From positions 293,942,001-294,006,000 of the forward strand of contig NC_091980.1 in the NCBI RefSeq assembly GCF_044704955.1: a stretch of 64,000 bases of DNA, written 5' to 3'. This DNA comes from Pristiophorus japonicus (taxonomy: Eukaryota). Each line of letters opens with the position of its first letter. Position 1 is the first letter of the stretch. Below are positions 24,007 to 36,051 of this stretch, piece by piece. The position numbers and the translations under genes are program-made. The notes under the pieces were generated by a model. That model saw nothing but the letters and a program-made list of their open reading frames with translations, had not been told where the DNA came from and made no database searches.

Positions 24007-24497
24007 ACATAAGAAATAGGAGCAGGAGTAGGCCAATACGGCCCCTCGAGCCTGCTCCCCCATTCAATATTATGGCTGATCCAATCATGGACTCAGCTCC
24101 ACTTCCCTGCCCGCTCCCCATAACCCCTTATCGTTTAAGAAGCTGTCTATTTCAGTCTTAAATTTATTCAATGTCCCAGCTTCCACAGGTCTGAGGCAGC
24201 GAATTCCACAGATTTACAACCCTCAGAAGAAATTTCTCCTCATTTTTGGTTTTAAATGGGCGGCCCCTTATTTTAAGATCATGACCTCTAGTTCTAGTCT
24301 CCCCTATCAGTGGAAACATCCTCTCTGCATCCACCTCGTCAAGCCCCCTCAATCTTATACGTTTCGATAAGCGCGCCTCTCATTCTTCTGATTTCCCAAC
24401 CTACTCAACCTTTCTTCATAAGTCAACCCCCTCATCCCCAGAATCTACCTAATGAACCTTCTCTGAACTGCCTCCAAAGCAAGTATATCCTTTTGTA
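24007..24497 (-). mobile_element. CR1 3'-end fragment
   Basis: aacataagaaataggagcaggagtaggcc tail; RVVNLWNSLP motif. Confidence 0.85.
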
Positions 24498-24629
24498 AGG
24501 GTTTTCTCAAAGCCTAGATCTCCCTTTGCTGCTGATATTTTAAACATTTGAGGTTCCTGTATTCTTCCCTCACCCCTCACATGGCTCCCCACAGGATTTC
24601 TACATCTTCATTTGCTTGCTCACATCCAA

Positions 24630-25318
24630 CAACTTGTATTTATATAGTGCCTTAAAGTGGTAAAACGTCCCAAGGTGCTTCACAGGTGTATTACAAGACA
24701 AAAATATGTGACACCAAGCCACACAAGGAGAAATTAAGGCAGGTGACTAAAAGCTTGGTCAAAGAGGTAGGTTTTAAGGAATGTCTTAAAAGGAGGAGAG
24801 GCAGAGGGATTTAGGCAGGGAATTCCAGAGCTTAGGGCCGAGGCAACAGAAGGCACAGCCACCAATGGTTGAGCGATTAAAACCAGGGATGCTCAAGAGA
24901 GCAGAATTAGAGGAGCGCAGATATCTCAGGGGGTTATGGGGCTGGAGATTACAGAGATAGGGAGGGCATGAAGGGATTTCAAAACAAGAATGAGAATTTT
25001 GAAATCGAGGCGTTGCTTAACCGGGAGCCAATGTAGGTCAGCGAGCACAGGAGTGATGTGAGGGGCAAACGGGACCTGGTGCGAGTTAGGACACGGGCAG
25101 CCGAGTTTTGGATGACCTCAAGTTTACGTGGGAGGCCAGCCAGGATTGCGATGGAATAGTCACGTCTAGAGGTAACAAAGGCATGGATGAAGGCTTCAGC
25201 AGCGGTTGAGCTGAGGCAAGGGGCGGAGAGGGGCGATGTTACAGAGGCAGAAATAGGCGGTCTGAGTTATGCCGTGGATGTTCGGTCAGAAGCTCACTTC
25301 CGAGTCAATTATGACCCC
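24630..25318 (-). mobile_element. L2-like LINE 3' fragment
   Basis: Tail shared with the SINEs (atttatatagtgcc...cccaaggtgcttcacagg), ggtcaaagaggtaggttttaagg, reverse LGPKLWNSLP; similar to 30258-30800 and 62853-63340. Confidence 0.75.
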
Positions 25319-25479
25319 AGTAGATGTAAATGTGGAACCCCTGCTTTCTCTGCTCAGCTATGGAGGTATAAACTGCTGTCTCACCTATTGGAGAAGTAAA
25401 ACAAGACAACAACTTGCACTCAGTAGACAGAAGATGGAAAGTTTTTATCCTTTCAGTTCTGCATTATAACCTCACTTAC

Positions 25480-25587
25480 AACTTGTAAAGGTGACGTTCA
25501 CGCCGTATGTTTGTCCTCTGTGAAGTACACATGGCAGAGAGGGGCAGGAGGTGATATCCACAGTATTAATTTGTCCTGTTTTGGAAC
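25480..25587 (-). CDS. npc2: NPC2 copy B exon 2 (108 nt)
   Basis: AG/GT sites, phase 1-1; [36 protein letters not shown] with conserved NVT sequon. Confidence 0.97.
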
Positions 25588-26754
25588 CTGTAACAAGAGA
25601 GTTAATGTCACTTATCCCAAAGAGGTGCACGGATAAATTAACAGAAGCTTGATGCAGAATATGGATGAACTACACCTAGCACCAAAGTACATGCACAGTG
25701 GACAATTAGCTAAAGCAATGGGCTATCTCGAGAATGAACTGGATCTTTCAATTCATACTCCTCTCTCCTCACCCCCCCCCCCACCCCCCACCCCCAACCT
25801 ACACCACAGGAACAGCAACAAGTTCTCACATGACTAATTATACAGCAGCAGCGGTTTTAAAGCACATGAAACCATCACGTGAAATGCTAAGGGTGTCTCG
25901 GTTTTAGGCGGCTTCCTCCTTACTTCAGGAGGCTCCTCAGAAAACATCTATTTCAGAAATAAACTTTGATGCAGATGTACAGTGCATTGCCAATTTTGGG
26001 GTGAAGTAACCGTTGCAGACAAGCACACGGGATTACTCGCAGTCGAGGTGTAAAAAGGGCATGAGGAGATTCAGGAATCTTGCATGTTGAGAAAAGCAAC
26101 GTCAACCAAAGAGAAAAGACAATGTCTTCACTGGTTAATGCAACGGCTGCAAGGGCAGGACACTGGGACGGTACAGCACATCACAAGACTGGGTAGGCTA
26201 ACTGTTCATGCCAGTGGTTGCACGCTTCCTGTCCCCACCTAACCAAAAAAAAATCTACACCAGGCCAATTCATTCCAGGGATTTTTGCAGATGGTCAGTC
26301 AAAAAGAGAGCAGTATATCACCAAGTTGTTCGGAGCCAGAGGAGGGAAAATCCTGTACAGGTATTCTAAAGGAGCTTCAATAATGTAACAGCTGCCTGAC
26401 ATTGAGCAAAAGTAGTAATATACAAAACCATATCCAGCTTGATCAGGAAATTGCATAATTATATTATTTCATTCATAATTAAGTGAACTATGCATCTATT
26501 GGATTCAAGTACATTCTTATTGCAACTTTGACTGCGATTTAAAACCAACACTAGTTTGGAAACGTTGAGTAAGACGGCGAAGCAGTCAAGGTCACGTTGA
26601 TTTTTTTTAAAAAGGAAACATGAATCATGTAACTGCAAGTTAAATTGGTAATCACACTCGATCATTTAAAATGGCAGAAGTAGGCAATGGAAATGATACC
26701 TCCTGGAGAGTGGTCCAAAGCTGATTTCGCTCGGGGCGGCCCCCCCCAAGCGAT

Positions 26755-27560
26755 AAGGGGGTGTGGGGGCTGTGCCCCCCCCAGAGAAAAGGGGGTGTGG
26801 TACCCCCCAGAGAAAAGGGGGTGTGGGGGCCGTACCCCCCCCAGAGAAAAGGGTGTGTGGGGGCCGTGCCCCCCCCCCAGAGAAAAGGGGGTGTGGCCCC
26901 CCAGAGAAAAGGGGGTGCGGGGGCCGTGTCCCCCCAGAGAAAAGGGGGTGCAGGGGCTGTGCCCCCCCAGAGAAAAGGGGGTGCGGGGGTCGTGCCCCCC
27001 CCCCCCGAGAAAAGGGGGTGTGGGGGCCGTACACCCCCACAGAGAAAAGGGGGTGTGGGGGCCGTGCCCCCCAGAGAAAAGGGGGTGCCCCCCCAGAGAA
27101 AAGGGGGTGCGGGGGCCATGCCCCCCCCAGAGAAAAGGGGGTGTGGGGGCCGTGCCCCCCCCCCCCAGAGAAAAGGGGGAGGGCCCCCCCCAGAGAAAAG
27201 GGGGAGGGCCCCCCCCAGAGAAAAGGGGGAGGGCCCCCCCCCAGAGAAAAGGGGGAGGGCCCCCCCCCAGAGAAAAGGGGGAGGGCCCCCCCCAGAGCAA
27301 AGGGGGAGGGCCCCCCCCAGAGCAAAGGGGGAGGGCCCCCCCCAGAGAAAAGGGGGAGGGCCCCCCCCAGAGAAAAGGGGGAGGGCCCCCCCCCCCAGAG
27401 AAAAGGGGGAGGCCCCCCCCCCCAGAGAAAAGGGGGAGGCCCCCCCCCACCCCAGAGAAAAGGGGGAGGCCCCCCCCCACCCCAGAGAAAAGGGGGAGGC
27501 CCCCCCCCACCCCAGAGAAAAGGGGGAGGCCCCCCCCCAGAGAAAAGGGGGAGGGGGGGC
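26755..27560. repeat. GC-rich minisatellite, core CnAGAGAAAAG5, ~23-37 bp units
   Basis: More than 25 copies of ccccagagaaaagggg with variable spacers; six-frame Pro/Gly ORFs are artefacts. Confidence 0.95.
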
Positions 27561-27619
27561 AGAGAAAGGAGAAGAGAAAGAGAGAGAGCCACTGGATTGT
27601 TTAAGTCCAACTGATGGAG

Positions 27620-27800
27620 CAGACGGGGCCTCGGTTTAATGTCACAATTGAAAGACGGCACCTCCGACAATGCAGCACTCCCGCAGTTTTGCACTGGGAG
27701 TATCAGCATAGATTTCTGCATTCAAGTTCCTGGAGTAGGACTTGTACCCACAACCTTCTAACTCAGACGAGAGTGTTACGCATTGAGCCACATCTGACAC
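27620..27800 (-). mobile_element. Deu-domain SINE 5' half
   Basis: Reverse complement gives gtgtcagatgtggctcaatg head through aaaccgaggccccgtctgc. Confidence 0.75.
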
Positions 27801-28383
27801 CATGGGTGCATGTCACCCTCTGACCACTTACCCTAAATGGTCAATGTTCATGCAGCAGATTAGTGCCCAAAATTCATAGAGCCACCTTAATCGTTAGCGG
27901 CCTCAAGCGATTCAATTTTGAAGGGCACAGCATTATCTTGATCCGATCATTCCTCAATATTTATATGTAGGAATTGGACAATAGGAGTTATTGGACAGCA
28001 ATCAGGGAATTGTTGCTGACTTTTCCCACAGTCTCAGCATCCTTGGGATAGTTAACGATAGCACCTTAACCGCTGCCAGCGAACAAACCTGCATCTTGTG
28101 GTACGTAGAGGGAGAATGATTGTGGACATCTTGGATCCCCAAACTAAGACGGCGGAAGTGGAGCCCAAAACTCTGCACTACACAACATTAGGAAGGACAA
28201 AAAAAGTGTTTCTGGATCACACCTTCCCGAGCATGATCACCCCAGATCATGCAGAGTCAAGTGAGAAAGCAGAGTTATGAGGGGGCAGGAGTGGGTGATC
28301 ACCTATTGCAGTGTTGTTCAATACATTAGCACTTAGCCACATGTGCCTAATTAGGAATGGAGATGTGGTCAATTGCATTTTGG

Positions 28384-29250
28384 ATTAGTATGGCAGTGTA
28401 GTGGTTATGTTCCTGGACTAGTAATCCAGAAGCCTAGACCAATAACACGGAGAATGCAAGTTCAAATTCCAGCAGGGCTGTTTTAGAATTTAAATTCAGT
28501 TTAAAAATTGTAAGAAGTGAAAAAAGTTAGAATCAGTAAAAGTGACCGAAGCTGTTGGGATTGTCGCAAAAACCCATCTGGTCTTGTAATGTCCTTTAAG
28601 GAAGGAAATCTATCATCCTTACTCGGCTGGCCTGAGACAGTGTCAGCTGTGGATCAATGGGTAGCACTCTTGCCTGAGTCAGGGACTTAAACACAAAAAA
28701 ATTTAGGTTGACACTCTAATGCGGGAGTGCTGCACAGTTGGAGGTGCCGTCTTTCGGATGAGGCATTAAAGAGAGGCCCCGTCTGCTCTCTAAAGTGGAT
28801 GTAAAAGATCTCATGCCGTTAGTTTGAAGAAGAGCAGGGGAGTTATCCCCGGTGTCCTGGCCAATATTTATCCCTCAATCAACATAACAAAAATTGATTA
28901 TCTGGTCATTATCACATAGATGTTTGTGGGAACTTGCTGTGCACAAATTGGCTGCCGCGTTTCCTACATTACAACAGTGACTACACTCCAAAAGTACTTC
29001 AGTGGCTGTAAAGGGAGACATTCATGGTCGTGAAAGGCGCTCTATAAATCCAAGACTTTCTTTCTATGTGTGACTCCAGACCCACAGCAATGTGGTTGAC
29101 TCTTAACTGCACTCAAATTGCCTAGCAAGCCACTCAATCGTGATCACAACTCACTTTCAAGAAGAAAGCACTCCGTCGCAGGGTAAATAAAGAGGATGAG
29201 CAATCAGTGCCATCCTTGCCGGCGACACTCACATCCTGAGAAAGAATAAA
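28384..29250 (+). mobile_element. Second SINE-like repeat (28384-28633, 29063-29250) interrupted by a Deu-domain SINE (28642-29062)
   Basis: tRNA-like head ggcagtgtagtggtta...gttcaaattcc; related fragment at ~45135-45330; inner element colinear with 9610-10068. Confidence 0.65.
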
Positions 29251-30257
29251 GAGTGTGCAATGGACACCATCGTTGGACATATGATCACAATACTCGTTTG
29301 CACAGCACATGCACTTTAACCTGCGCGTGTGTGTGTAAAACGGTGAGACAAAAAGCAAAGTGTTCTTTAAAGCACTATTGTGCTTTACTTCCTCGGTTAC
29401 TGCTTATTGATTATCTGCTCAAATGTTGTGTCACATGGGTGACTACGCTGGATTTCAGTACCAGCAACATTAGGGGAGTGGTCAGCTCAACCAATTGGAA
29501 GAACCCTTCAGCCAAACCAATACGGACCAGTTCCAATGGGGCATGTCACAACAAAGGGCAAGCAGCATCCAACCACCGTCTGGATGGAGAACTGGAGCTG
29601 GTGTGTCACGAGTCAACAATCAATCTGAAGTACCTCTCGCAACTGCTGGACAAAAACCTAGAAGCTGCACTAAGCTGTGCTGTGATCAATAAATTCATGC
29701 CAGAATTCCAAACTGGCGAAAGAGAAAGACTGCAAAGTTCCACACTGAATGGTGGCAGATGTTAAGTAAATATACATGTGCAGTACATTTACCTGTATTG
29801 TGTAAAGCGTTTTAATGCACGTGGCTAAAACGGTGTCAACTAGCCCGAAGCTAATCGCCGATTTCTGTTGCAGAAGAAAGTGGATGGCCCCGATCAATGC
29901 TTTGACAGCAAGGTAAAACGTGCTACGTAAAAGTGCCGCATGGTCTGAAATAATGCGAATAGCACCTCCAAAAAAGGGGGGGGGGTTTGCACATTTGGAT
30001 TCACTGTACTTTTAAGAGAGCTGGAGGAGTTCCTGAAAATATGACATCTTGGGTGATAGAAGGCAGGTGGAGGGCTAGCTATAATTAATGACAATTACTG
30101 CCGTCTCCTGGAGTGTGATTAGCTTCGGAATTTCAGAGAGGAATCTCTCTCAATTTCTGCCTTTTTTTGTCTCGCTGAGGACATTTTGCAGGTGGCATAG
30201 CTCAAATCCACCTTGCGGTGAATGACATACTTACTACTAGAGTCTGGATCATACTCT

Positions 30258-30800
30258 AGTATTTATATAGTGCCTTTAACGTACTAAAACGTCTCGAGGC
30301 GCTTCATAGGAGTATTATAAAGACAAAAATTTGACACCGACCCACGCAAGAAGAAATTATGTCAGATGACCAAAAGCTTGTCAAAGAGGTAGGTTTTAAG
30401 GAGCGTCTTAAAAGAGGAAAGAGACATGTAGAGGTTTAGGCAAGGAATTCCAGAACTTATGGCCTTGGCAACAGAAGGCATGGCCACCAATGGTTGAGTG
30501 ATTATCAGGGATGCTCAAGAGGTCAGAATTTGAGGAGTGCAGATATCTCGGGGGGTGGGGGGGGTTGTGGGGCTGAAGGGGATAGGGAGGGGCAAGGCCA
30601 TGGAGGGATTTGTGAACAAGGATGAGATTTTTTAAAATCGAGGCATTACATAACCGGAAGCCACTGTAGGTCAGTGATGGGTGAATGGGTCTCGGTGCGA
30701 GTTAGGACACAGGCTGCCGAGTTTTGGATGACCTCAAGTTTATGTAGGGTAGAATGTGGAAGGCCAGCCAGGAATGCATTGGAGTAGATAAGTCTAGTGT
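30258..30800 (-). mobile_element. L2-like LINE 3' fragment
   Basis: Colinear with 24630-25170. Confidence 0.75.
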
Positions 30801-31199
30801 ACTGTACAGGTTATTCAATAGTTTTCATGGGCTGGAATCTTTGTGTAGAAAGCAGGAAGGAAGAGAAACAAAGAAGAAAAACTAAAACAAGGATATTTAT
30901 AAAAAAAAGGTTCCTGGTTTTACTTGTGTATTTGTTTAACCTGGCCTTTTTAGCAGTTTGAGATTTTGCATAATACATTACAGCAAACAGAGAAACTGTA
31001 TAATTGTTACACAACTGTGTAATACAGGAACCAAACCTGAACAAACACCAAGGGCTGATAACAGAAAGCACTTAAAATGGCATTAAGGCATCCTAAAGCA
31101 TTTAAATGAAATACTTTTGAAGTGTCAGCATTGTTGCTTTGCAGGCAAGTGCGGCAGCCAATTTTCACCACAGTGCTGTCACACAAACTGCAAATGCGA

Positions 31200-31332
31200 T
31201 AAACAAAATACTGCAAATGCTGGAAATTTGAAAACAAAAAACAAACGCTGGAAATGCTCAGCAGGTCAGGCAACATCTGTGGATAAACAGAAATCAAGTC
31301 AACATTTCAGGTCGAAGACCATTTCTCAGGAC
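31200..31332 (-). mobile_element. Penelope-like terminal-repeat fragment
   Basis: Reverse complement ...ccacagatgttgcctgacctgctgagcatttccagc..., related to 34305-34410; degenerate hammerhead-like core; family assignment from recall. Confidence 0.5.
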
Positions 31333-32079
31333 AAGAGTCTTCGTCCCAGTTCCAAAGAAGGGTTTTGTGATTTGTGTATTTGTACTCCAAGATTCCCTTG
31401 TTCCTCTAACCCCACCCAGGCTCGCATCCAATAAGTGTCCTCCCCGTTCATCCTACCAAAATGTAATACTTTCGTTTGCAAGGGAATCCTAAAAAGCTTG
31501 ATCAAAATGGCAAGTTGAATTTAAAATGTCAATGATTCTCTTTCTCTCCAACTGTTTATTCAAGTCTGAACACCCAGAGAATGAACTAATGCGAGCCAGA
31601 GCACTCAGCTGACACCATCAGCAATGGCCCTACCCAGAACAACACTTCAAGTCATTCAAGAACCCACACGCTTTTAATAAGCACGATTCTGCACGAAGCC
31701 ACTCAATTCTCAAAGCCGGAGGGAAATGAATACTTGATGCAATGATAACAGCGCATGAACATGAGTCACAACATCACACCACTTGGACATCACAATAAAA
31801 TTGGCCTTTAGCCGTTCAAGTCAGTCTGCACGATGAATGCAACAAAGGCCGGAGGAAAACAGGAAATAATTTAGATGGCATGTCGATTCAGTTGAATTTG
31901 AAATGACTTGGGGAAGAATGGCTGACAACCCTTTTAACACCTCCGTAAACCATCTCGGTGTCTCTGACCGTGTGTCTATATAGTCTTTAAAAAAGTGGCA
32001 CACATCAACTTCAGCAGCACATTCTGATTTGAGCAGAAAGCAGATACACACACACACAATTATAAACTTGACTGTTTAC

Positions 32080-32336
32080 AGTGCCTTTCACGACCACGGA
32101 TGTCCCAAAGCGCTTTCCAACCAATGAAGTACTTGTGGTGTGTTGTAGTGTGGGAAACGGGGCAGACAAAGTGCGCACAGCAAGCTCCCACCCACAGCAA
32201 TGTGATAATGAGCAGATAATCTGTTGTAGTGAGGTTAATTGGGGGATAAATATTGGCCAGGACACCGGGGATAACTCCTCTGCGGTTCTGCGACATAGTG
32301 CCATGGGATCTTTTACAGCCACCTGAGGGGGCAGAC
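32080..32336 (-). mobile_element. Deu-domain SINE 3' half
   Basis: Reverse complement of gatcccatggcactat...cccggtgtcctggccaatatttatcc core and tail. Confidence 0.85.
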
Positions 32337-32444
32337 ATTAATATATGTCAGAAATAAAACAGGGTTTAACTTCAGTGAAAGATTCAGGAACCAGACCCAC
32401 TCGAAAAACTATTTAAAACTACAACTGATCAAATGCCCACTCAC

Positions 32445-32535
32445 CGCAGTCCTTAAACTTCACCGGCTGGGCCCCACACACAACCCCCAGGGCCAGGAGG
32501 GCAGCCAGCAGCCCGCACCGCACCGTCTCCATCAT
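32445..32535 (-). CDS. npc2: NPC2 copy B exon 1 (signal peptide)
   Basis: MMETVRCGLLAALLALGVVCGAQPVKFKDC+G then GTGAGT donor; splices in frame to a 152-aa ML-domain protein with six mature cysteines. Confidence 0.95.
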
Positions 32536-32870
32536 CCCGCTCGGTCCCGGGGGCAAACTCACAGAACTCCCCGAGCTCGGCAGGCCCGGCCCGCCCATCC
32601 GGGGAGGAGGCGAGTCCCCGCCAACGCCTCATCAGGCGGCCCGCCATCATCCCGCCCACCCCCTGTCCATCATCCCGCCCACCCCCTGTCCATCATCCCG
32701 CCTCCCGCGTCACTGGCTCTGCCCCTTTCCCCCCCCCCCCCCGTCGCTAGCTCCACCCCCCCAGCCCATGCGTCACTGGCCCCTCCTCCCTGTCATGGGG
32801 CACCAGGCCCTTCAACAGCCACCGATCGCTGGCCCCGCCCCCACCCCACACGCGGCGACTGATCCCATTT
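32536..32870 (-). promoter_or_regulatory. CpG-rich promoter region of NPC2 copy B
   Basis: High GC/CpG; several GGGCGG boxes; 23-bp tandem repeat at 32644-32702; two gcgtcactggc motifs. Confidence 0.65.
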
Positions 32871-32884
32871 AAACGAAGTGAGAT

Positions 32885-33482
32885 GGCATCGAAAATAGGT
32901 GCAGGAGCAGGCCCTTCGAGCCTGCAACACCATTCAATAAGATCATGACCGCAGCTAAACTAAACTGCTTCTGAATGTACTGTACAAATTTTTATATGAA
33001 TAAAGTATATTTTGAAATTTAAAAAAAACATTCAATAAGATCATGGCTGATCATTCCCTCAGTACCCTTCCCTGCATTCTCTCAATACCCCTTGATTCCC
33101 TTTAGCCGTAAGGGCCATATCTAACTCCCTCTTGAATGTATCCAATGAACTGGCATCAACAACTCTCTGCAGCAGGGAATTCCACAGGTCAACAACTCTC
33201 TGAGTGAAGAAGTTTCTCCTCATCTCGGTCCTAAATGGTTTACCCCTTATCCGTAGAATGTGACCCCCTGGTTCTGGACTTCCCCAACATCGGGAACATT
33301 CTTCCTGCATCCAACCTGTCCAGTCCCATCAGAATTTTATGTTTCTCATCCTTCTAAACTCCAGTGAATACAGGTCCAGTCGATCCAGTCTCTTCTCATA
33401 TGTCAGTCCTACCATCCCAGAAATATCTGGTGAACCTTTGTTGCACTCCCTCAATAGCAAGAACGTCCTTCCTCAGATTAGG
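32885..33482 (-). mobile_element. CR1 3' fragment containing an 81-nt polyadenylated insertion (32948-33028, +)
   Basis: NFFTQRVVDLWNSL motif; insert has aataaa and an A tail and is flanked by 17-bp TSD cattcaataagatcatg (32931-32947, 33029-33045). Confidence 0.85.
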
Positions 33483-33485
33483 ACC

Positions 33486-34641
33486 CTCCCCCCCCCCCCA
33501 CACATATCATATGTTTTTTCTGTCTCCAATGGCAGCTGGTCATTATTCCACCATTCATACCCCATCTAGACTAACCTTTTTCTAACTTCTGCCATTACCA
33601 TTTCAATTCAGCCCATCGTCTCTTTTGTCTCTCTAATCTCTCCTGCCGTCCACCCTGTCACAGACCTTCCCTTTTGTTTTTTCTTCCCCTCCCCCTTTCA
33701 GTCCCCGCTTTCACCACATGATCATGACATGCTCCAAATGGCTTCAAAATACCTTCCCAGCAAAAATGATCATGAGTACTTCAGTTAAAGTTCTACAGCA
33801 ATAATCGTGATCAACTTTTTCCCCTCATTCGAAAATGTTTTTAAGCATTATATAACCATACGAGTACTGGCTCCAAGAGCGGAGTTTGATTGACAGGCAA
33901 AAAGCCAAATCAACACACTCCCAGCGATCAGCTAATCACTCGTTGTTTTAGGCTCAGAAATGCAATTCCCAAATTGGACTGTTTAGTCACCGAAGAACTC
34001 ATTGTTAGAGTGGAAGCAAGTCTTCCTCGATTTCAAGGGACTGCCTATGATGATGTTTCCATTCCGCTCGTGGATTTGGCCATTGATTTCACCAATCGGC
34101 ATGTTGCTAGGCCAGTCAATAAAATTGAGGGAACATTGCAAAATGCACTCAAGTCTGCACCCCTTGGATCTGAAGGAGCAAAGATCAGGGACGAACTAGA
34201 GACCAAGCAAAGGAGATAGCAAATTTCTTATTGTGGACAAGGCAAAAAGCTGAGCAGTTGAGCAAAAATTAACAGCTACAAAAGTAGCTTGGTAAATGGA
34301 AAGATTGCAGATGCTGGAACCTGAAATAAATAAAAACAGAAAGTGCTGGAAATCTCCGGGTCAGGCAGCAACAGTGGAAAGAAAAAGAGAGTCGGCAACC
34401 CTTGGTCAGAACTGGCGAATGTTCGAAAAGGAGCACCGAAAGGGGGAGGGAAAGAAAGAACAAAAGGAAAGGTCTGACAGGGTGGACGGCAGGAGAGATT
34501 AGAGACAAAAAGGTATGATGGGCCGAATTGAAATGGTAATGGCAGAAGTTAGAAAAAGGTTAGTCTAGATAGGGTATTAATGGCAGACTACTGAACAGCT
34601 GCCATTGGAGACAAAAAAAACATAAGATTGGGCCGGGGGGG
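33486..34641. repeat. Inverted pair of Penelope-like fragments (33486-33700 and 34305-34641)
   Basis: tctagactaacctttttctaacttctgccattaccatttcaattc and flanks recur as the reverse complement at 34437-34641. Confidence 0.85.
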
Positions 34642-34679
34642 TTCCGTATTCCATGTTTATGTAGGTTGTGAGATTACAG

Positions 34680-35011
34680 CCCCTCTCTATTTGAAAGGGC
34701 TGCTCCTCGATTTCTGGCTGCACTTCAGTCCCACACTCCTGATCTTTGGGCACCTGATGCAGAGGGGAGCAGGCAGGTCAGAGGGCCTCCTCCCAGGCTT
34801 GGTCAAGGTGGCCATTAACAGGTCCAGGCAGTCATTCAGCCAGACTGCCTGCCTCTCTTCCGTGGTTACATTCGCGCCAGGGTGTCCCTGGAGATGGAGC
34901 ACGCTGTGTCCACCGGTACGCTCGCGGTCTTCTGCGAGAGGAAGGAGTGCATCATCACAAATGGTAACAAAATTTTAATTTGATTTATTAAAGGTTTCTT
35001 TAAAAAAAAAA
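34680..35011 (+). mobile_element. Tx1/L1-like LINE 3' end
   Basis: LKGLLLDFWLHFSPTLLIFGH...KVAINRSR...FRGYIRARVSLEMEHAV then attaaa and an A tail. Confidence 0.65.
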
Positions 35012-35274
35012 TTTGAAATTTACAGGTTTATTGGCTGTTGACCTAATTGCTGGTATCTAAAAAGTTGAAAGCAGTTAGGGTAGGCAAGCAGCCAGGGTAG
35101 GCAAGCAGCCAGACCAGTTAGCAGAGCGTGGTTCCTCTGGTAGGTTCTCCAGTACCCAGTTCCATAACGAGAACAAAGGTAGCTCAACTGGATACAGGAT
35201 CACATTGCAAGCATATATAACTAGTAGGCATTAAACAGGCACATCCCTTAGTTTACAAAGAATCACAATGGTTT

Positions 35275-35725
35275 CATAGAAATTTACGGCAGATGGAAGT
35301 CTTTCAGCCCATTGTATGTGTCCCGGCCGAAAAAGAGTTATCCTGCCTAATTCCTCTTTCCAGCTCTTGGTCTGTAAGTTACGGCACTTCAAGTGCATAT
35401 CCAAGTACTTTTTAAACGTAATGAGGGTTTCTGCTTCTGCCATCCTTTCAACCAGTGAGTTCCAGACCCCCACCACCCCCTGCGTGAAAAAAGTTCTCAA
35501 CTCCCCTCTACCAATTACTTTAAATCTATTCCCCATGGTTATTGACCTCTCTGCAAAGGGGAATAGGTACTTCCGATCCACTCTATCTAGCCCCTCATAC
35601 ACCTCAAATAAATCTCCCCTCAGCCTCCTCTGTTCCAATGAAAACAACTCCAGCCTATCCACATAGCTAAAATTCTCCAGTCCTTGCAACATCCTCGTAA
35701 ATCTCCTCTGTAGTGCAAGCACATC
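35275..35725 (-). mobile_element. CR1 3'-end fragment (second subfamily)
   Basis: QRRFTRML...LFSLEQRRLRGDL...VWNSL. Confidence 0.85.
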
Positions 35726-35800
35726 TTTAAATGGTTACTGAAACAGCTCAATTCCTACAGAACCCTGGATTTAAAAAAAAAGACAACTGTAATTCACATC

Positions 35801-35806
35801 TTTATT
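35801..35806 (-). terminator. Putative polyadenylation signal of NPC2 copy A
   Basis: AATAAA on minus strand ~245 nt after the stop; surrounding UTR aligns with copy B. Confidence 0.7.
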
Positions 35807-36051
35807 GATTCACTCAGGTTAGTTTACAAAACCAGTGTTAAGGCTAGGACAGATCAGTCTAGAAATCCATTTTCAAAACTTACAAAATTAGTGCAAAAAA
35901 ATCATTTGTAATATGAATGAGTTCCACATTTGCTTATGTTTGGCTGAATTTCTCCTCTTGAATATACAGTATCTAGAAACCACTATCTGGTTACACAGTT
36001 GATAAAATGCATTTTGAGTACTATTATGATAGCTGGTAACAGTGATCTAGT

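Noticed and set aside
25875-25882. TCACGTGA E-box as a CLEAR/TFEB site for NPC2-B
   Set aside because: Single 8-mer deep in intron 1, far from the promoter; expected by chance in 64 kb.
26652-27721. Six-frame Pro/Gly-rich ORFs up to 351 aa
   Set aside because: Result of a stop-free minisatellite inside NPC2-B intron 1; no splice or homology support.
18559-32535. NPC2 copy B as a haplotype or assembly duplicate, or a pseudogene
   Set aside because: About 25% amino-acid divergence in exons 2-4, different intron repeat content, and intact splice sites and frame.
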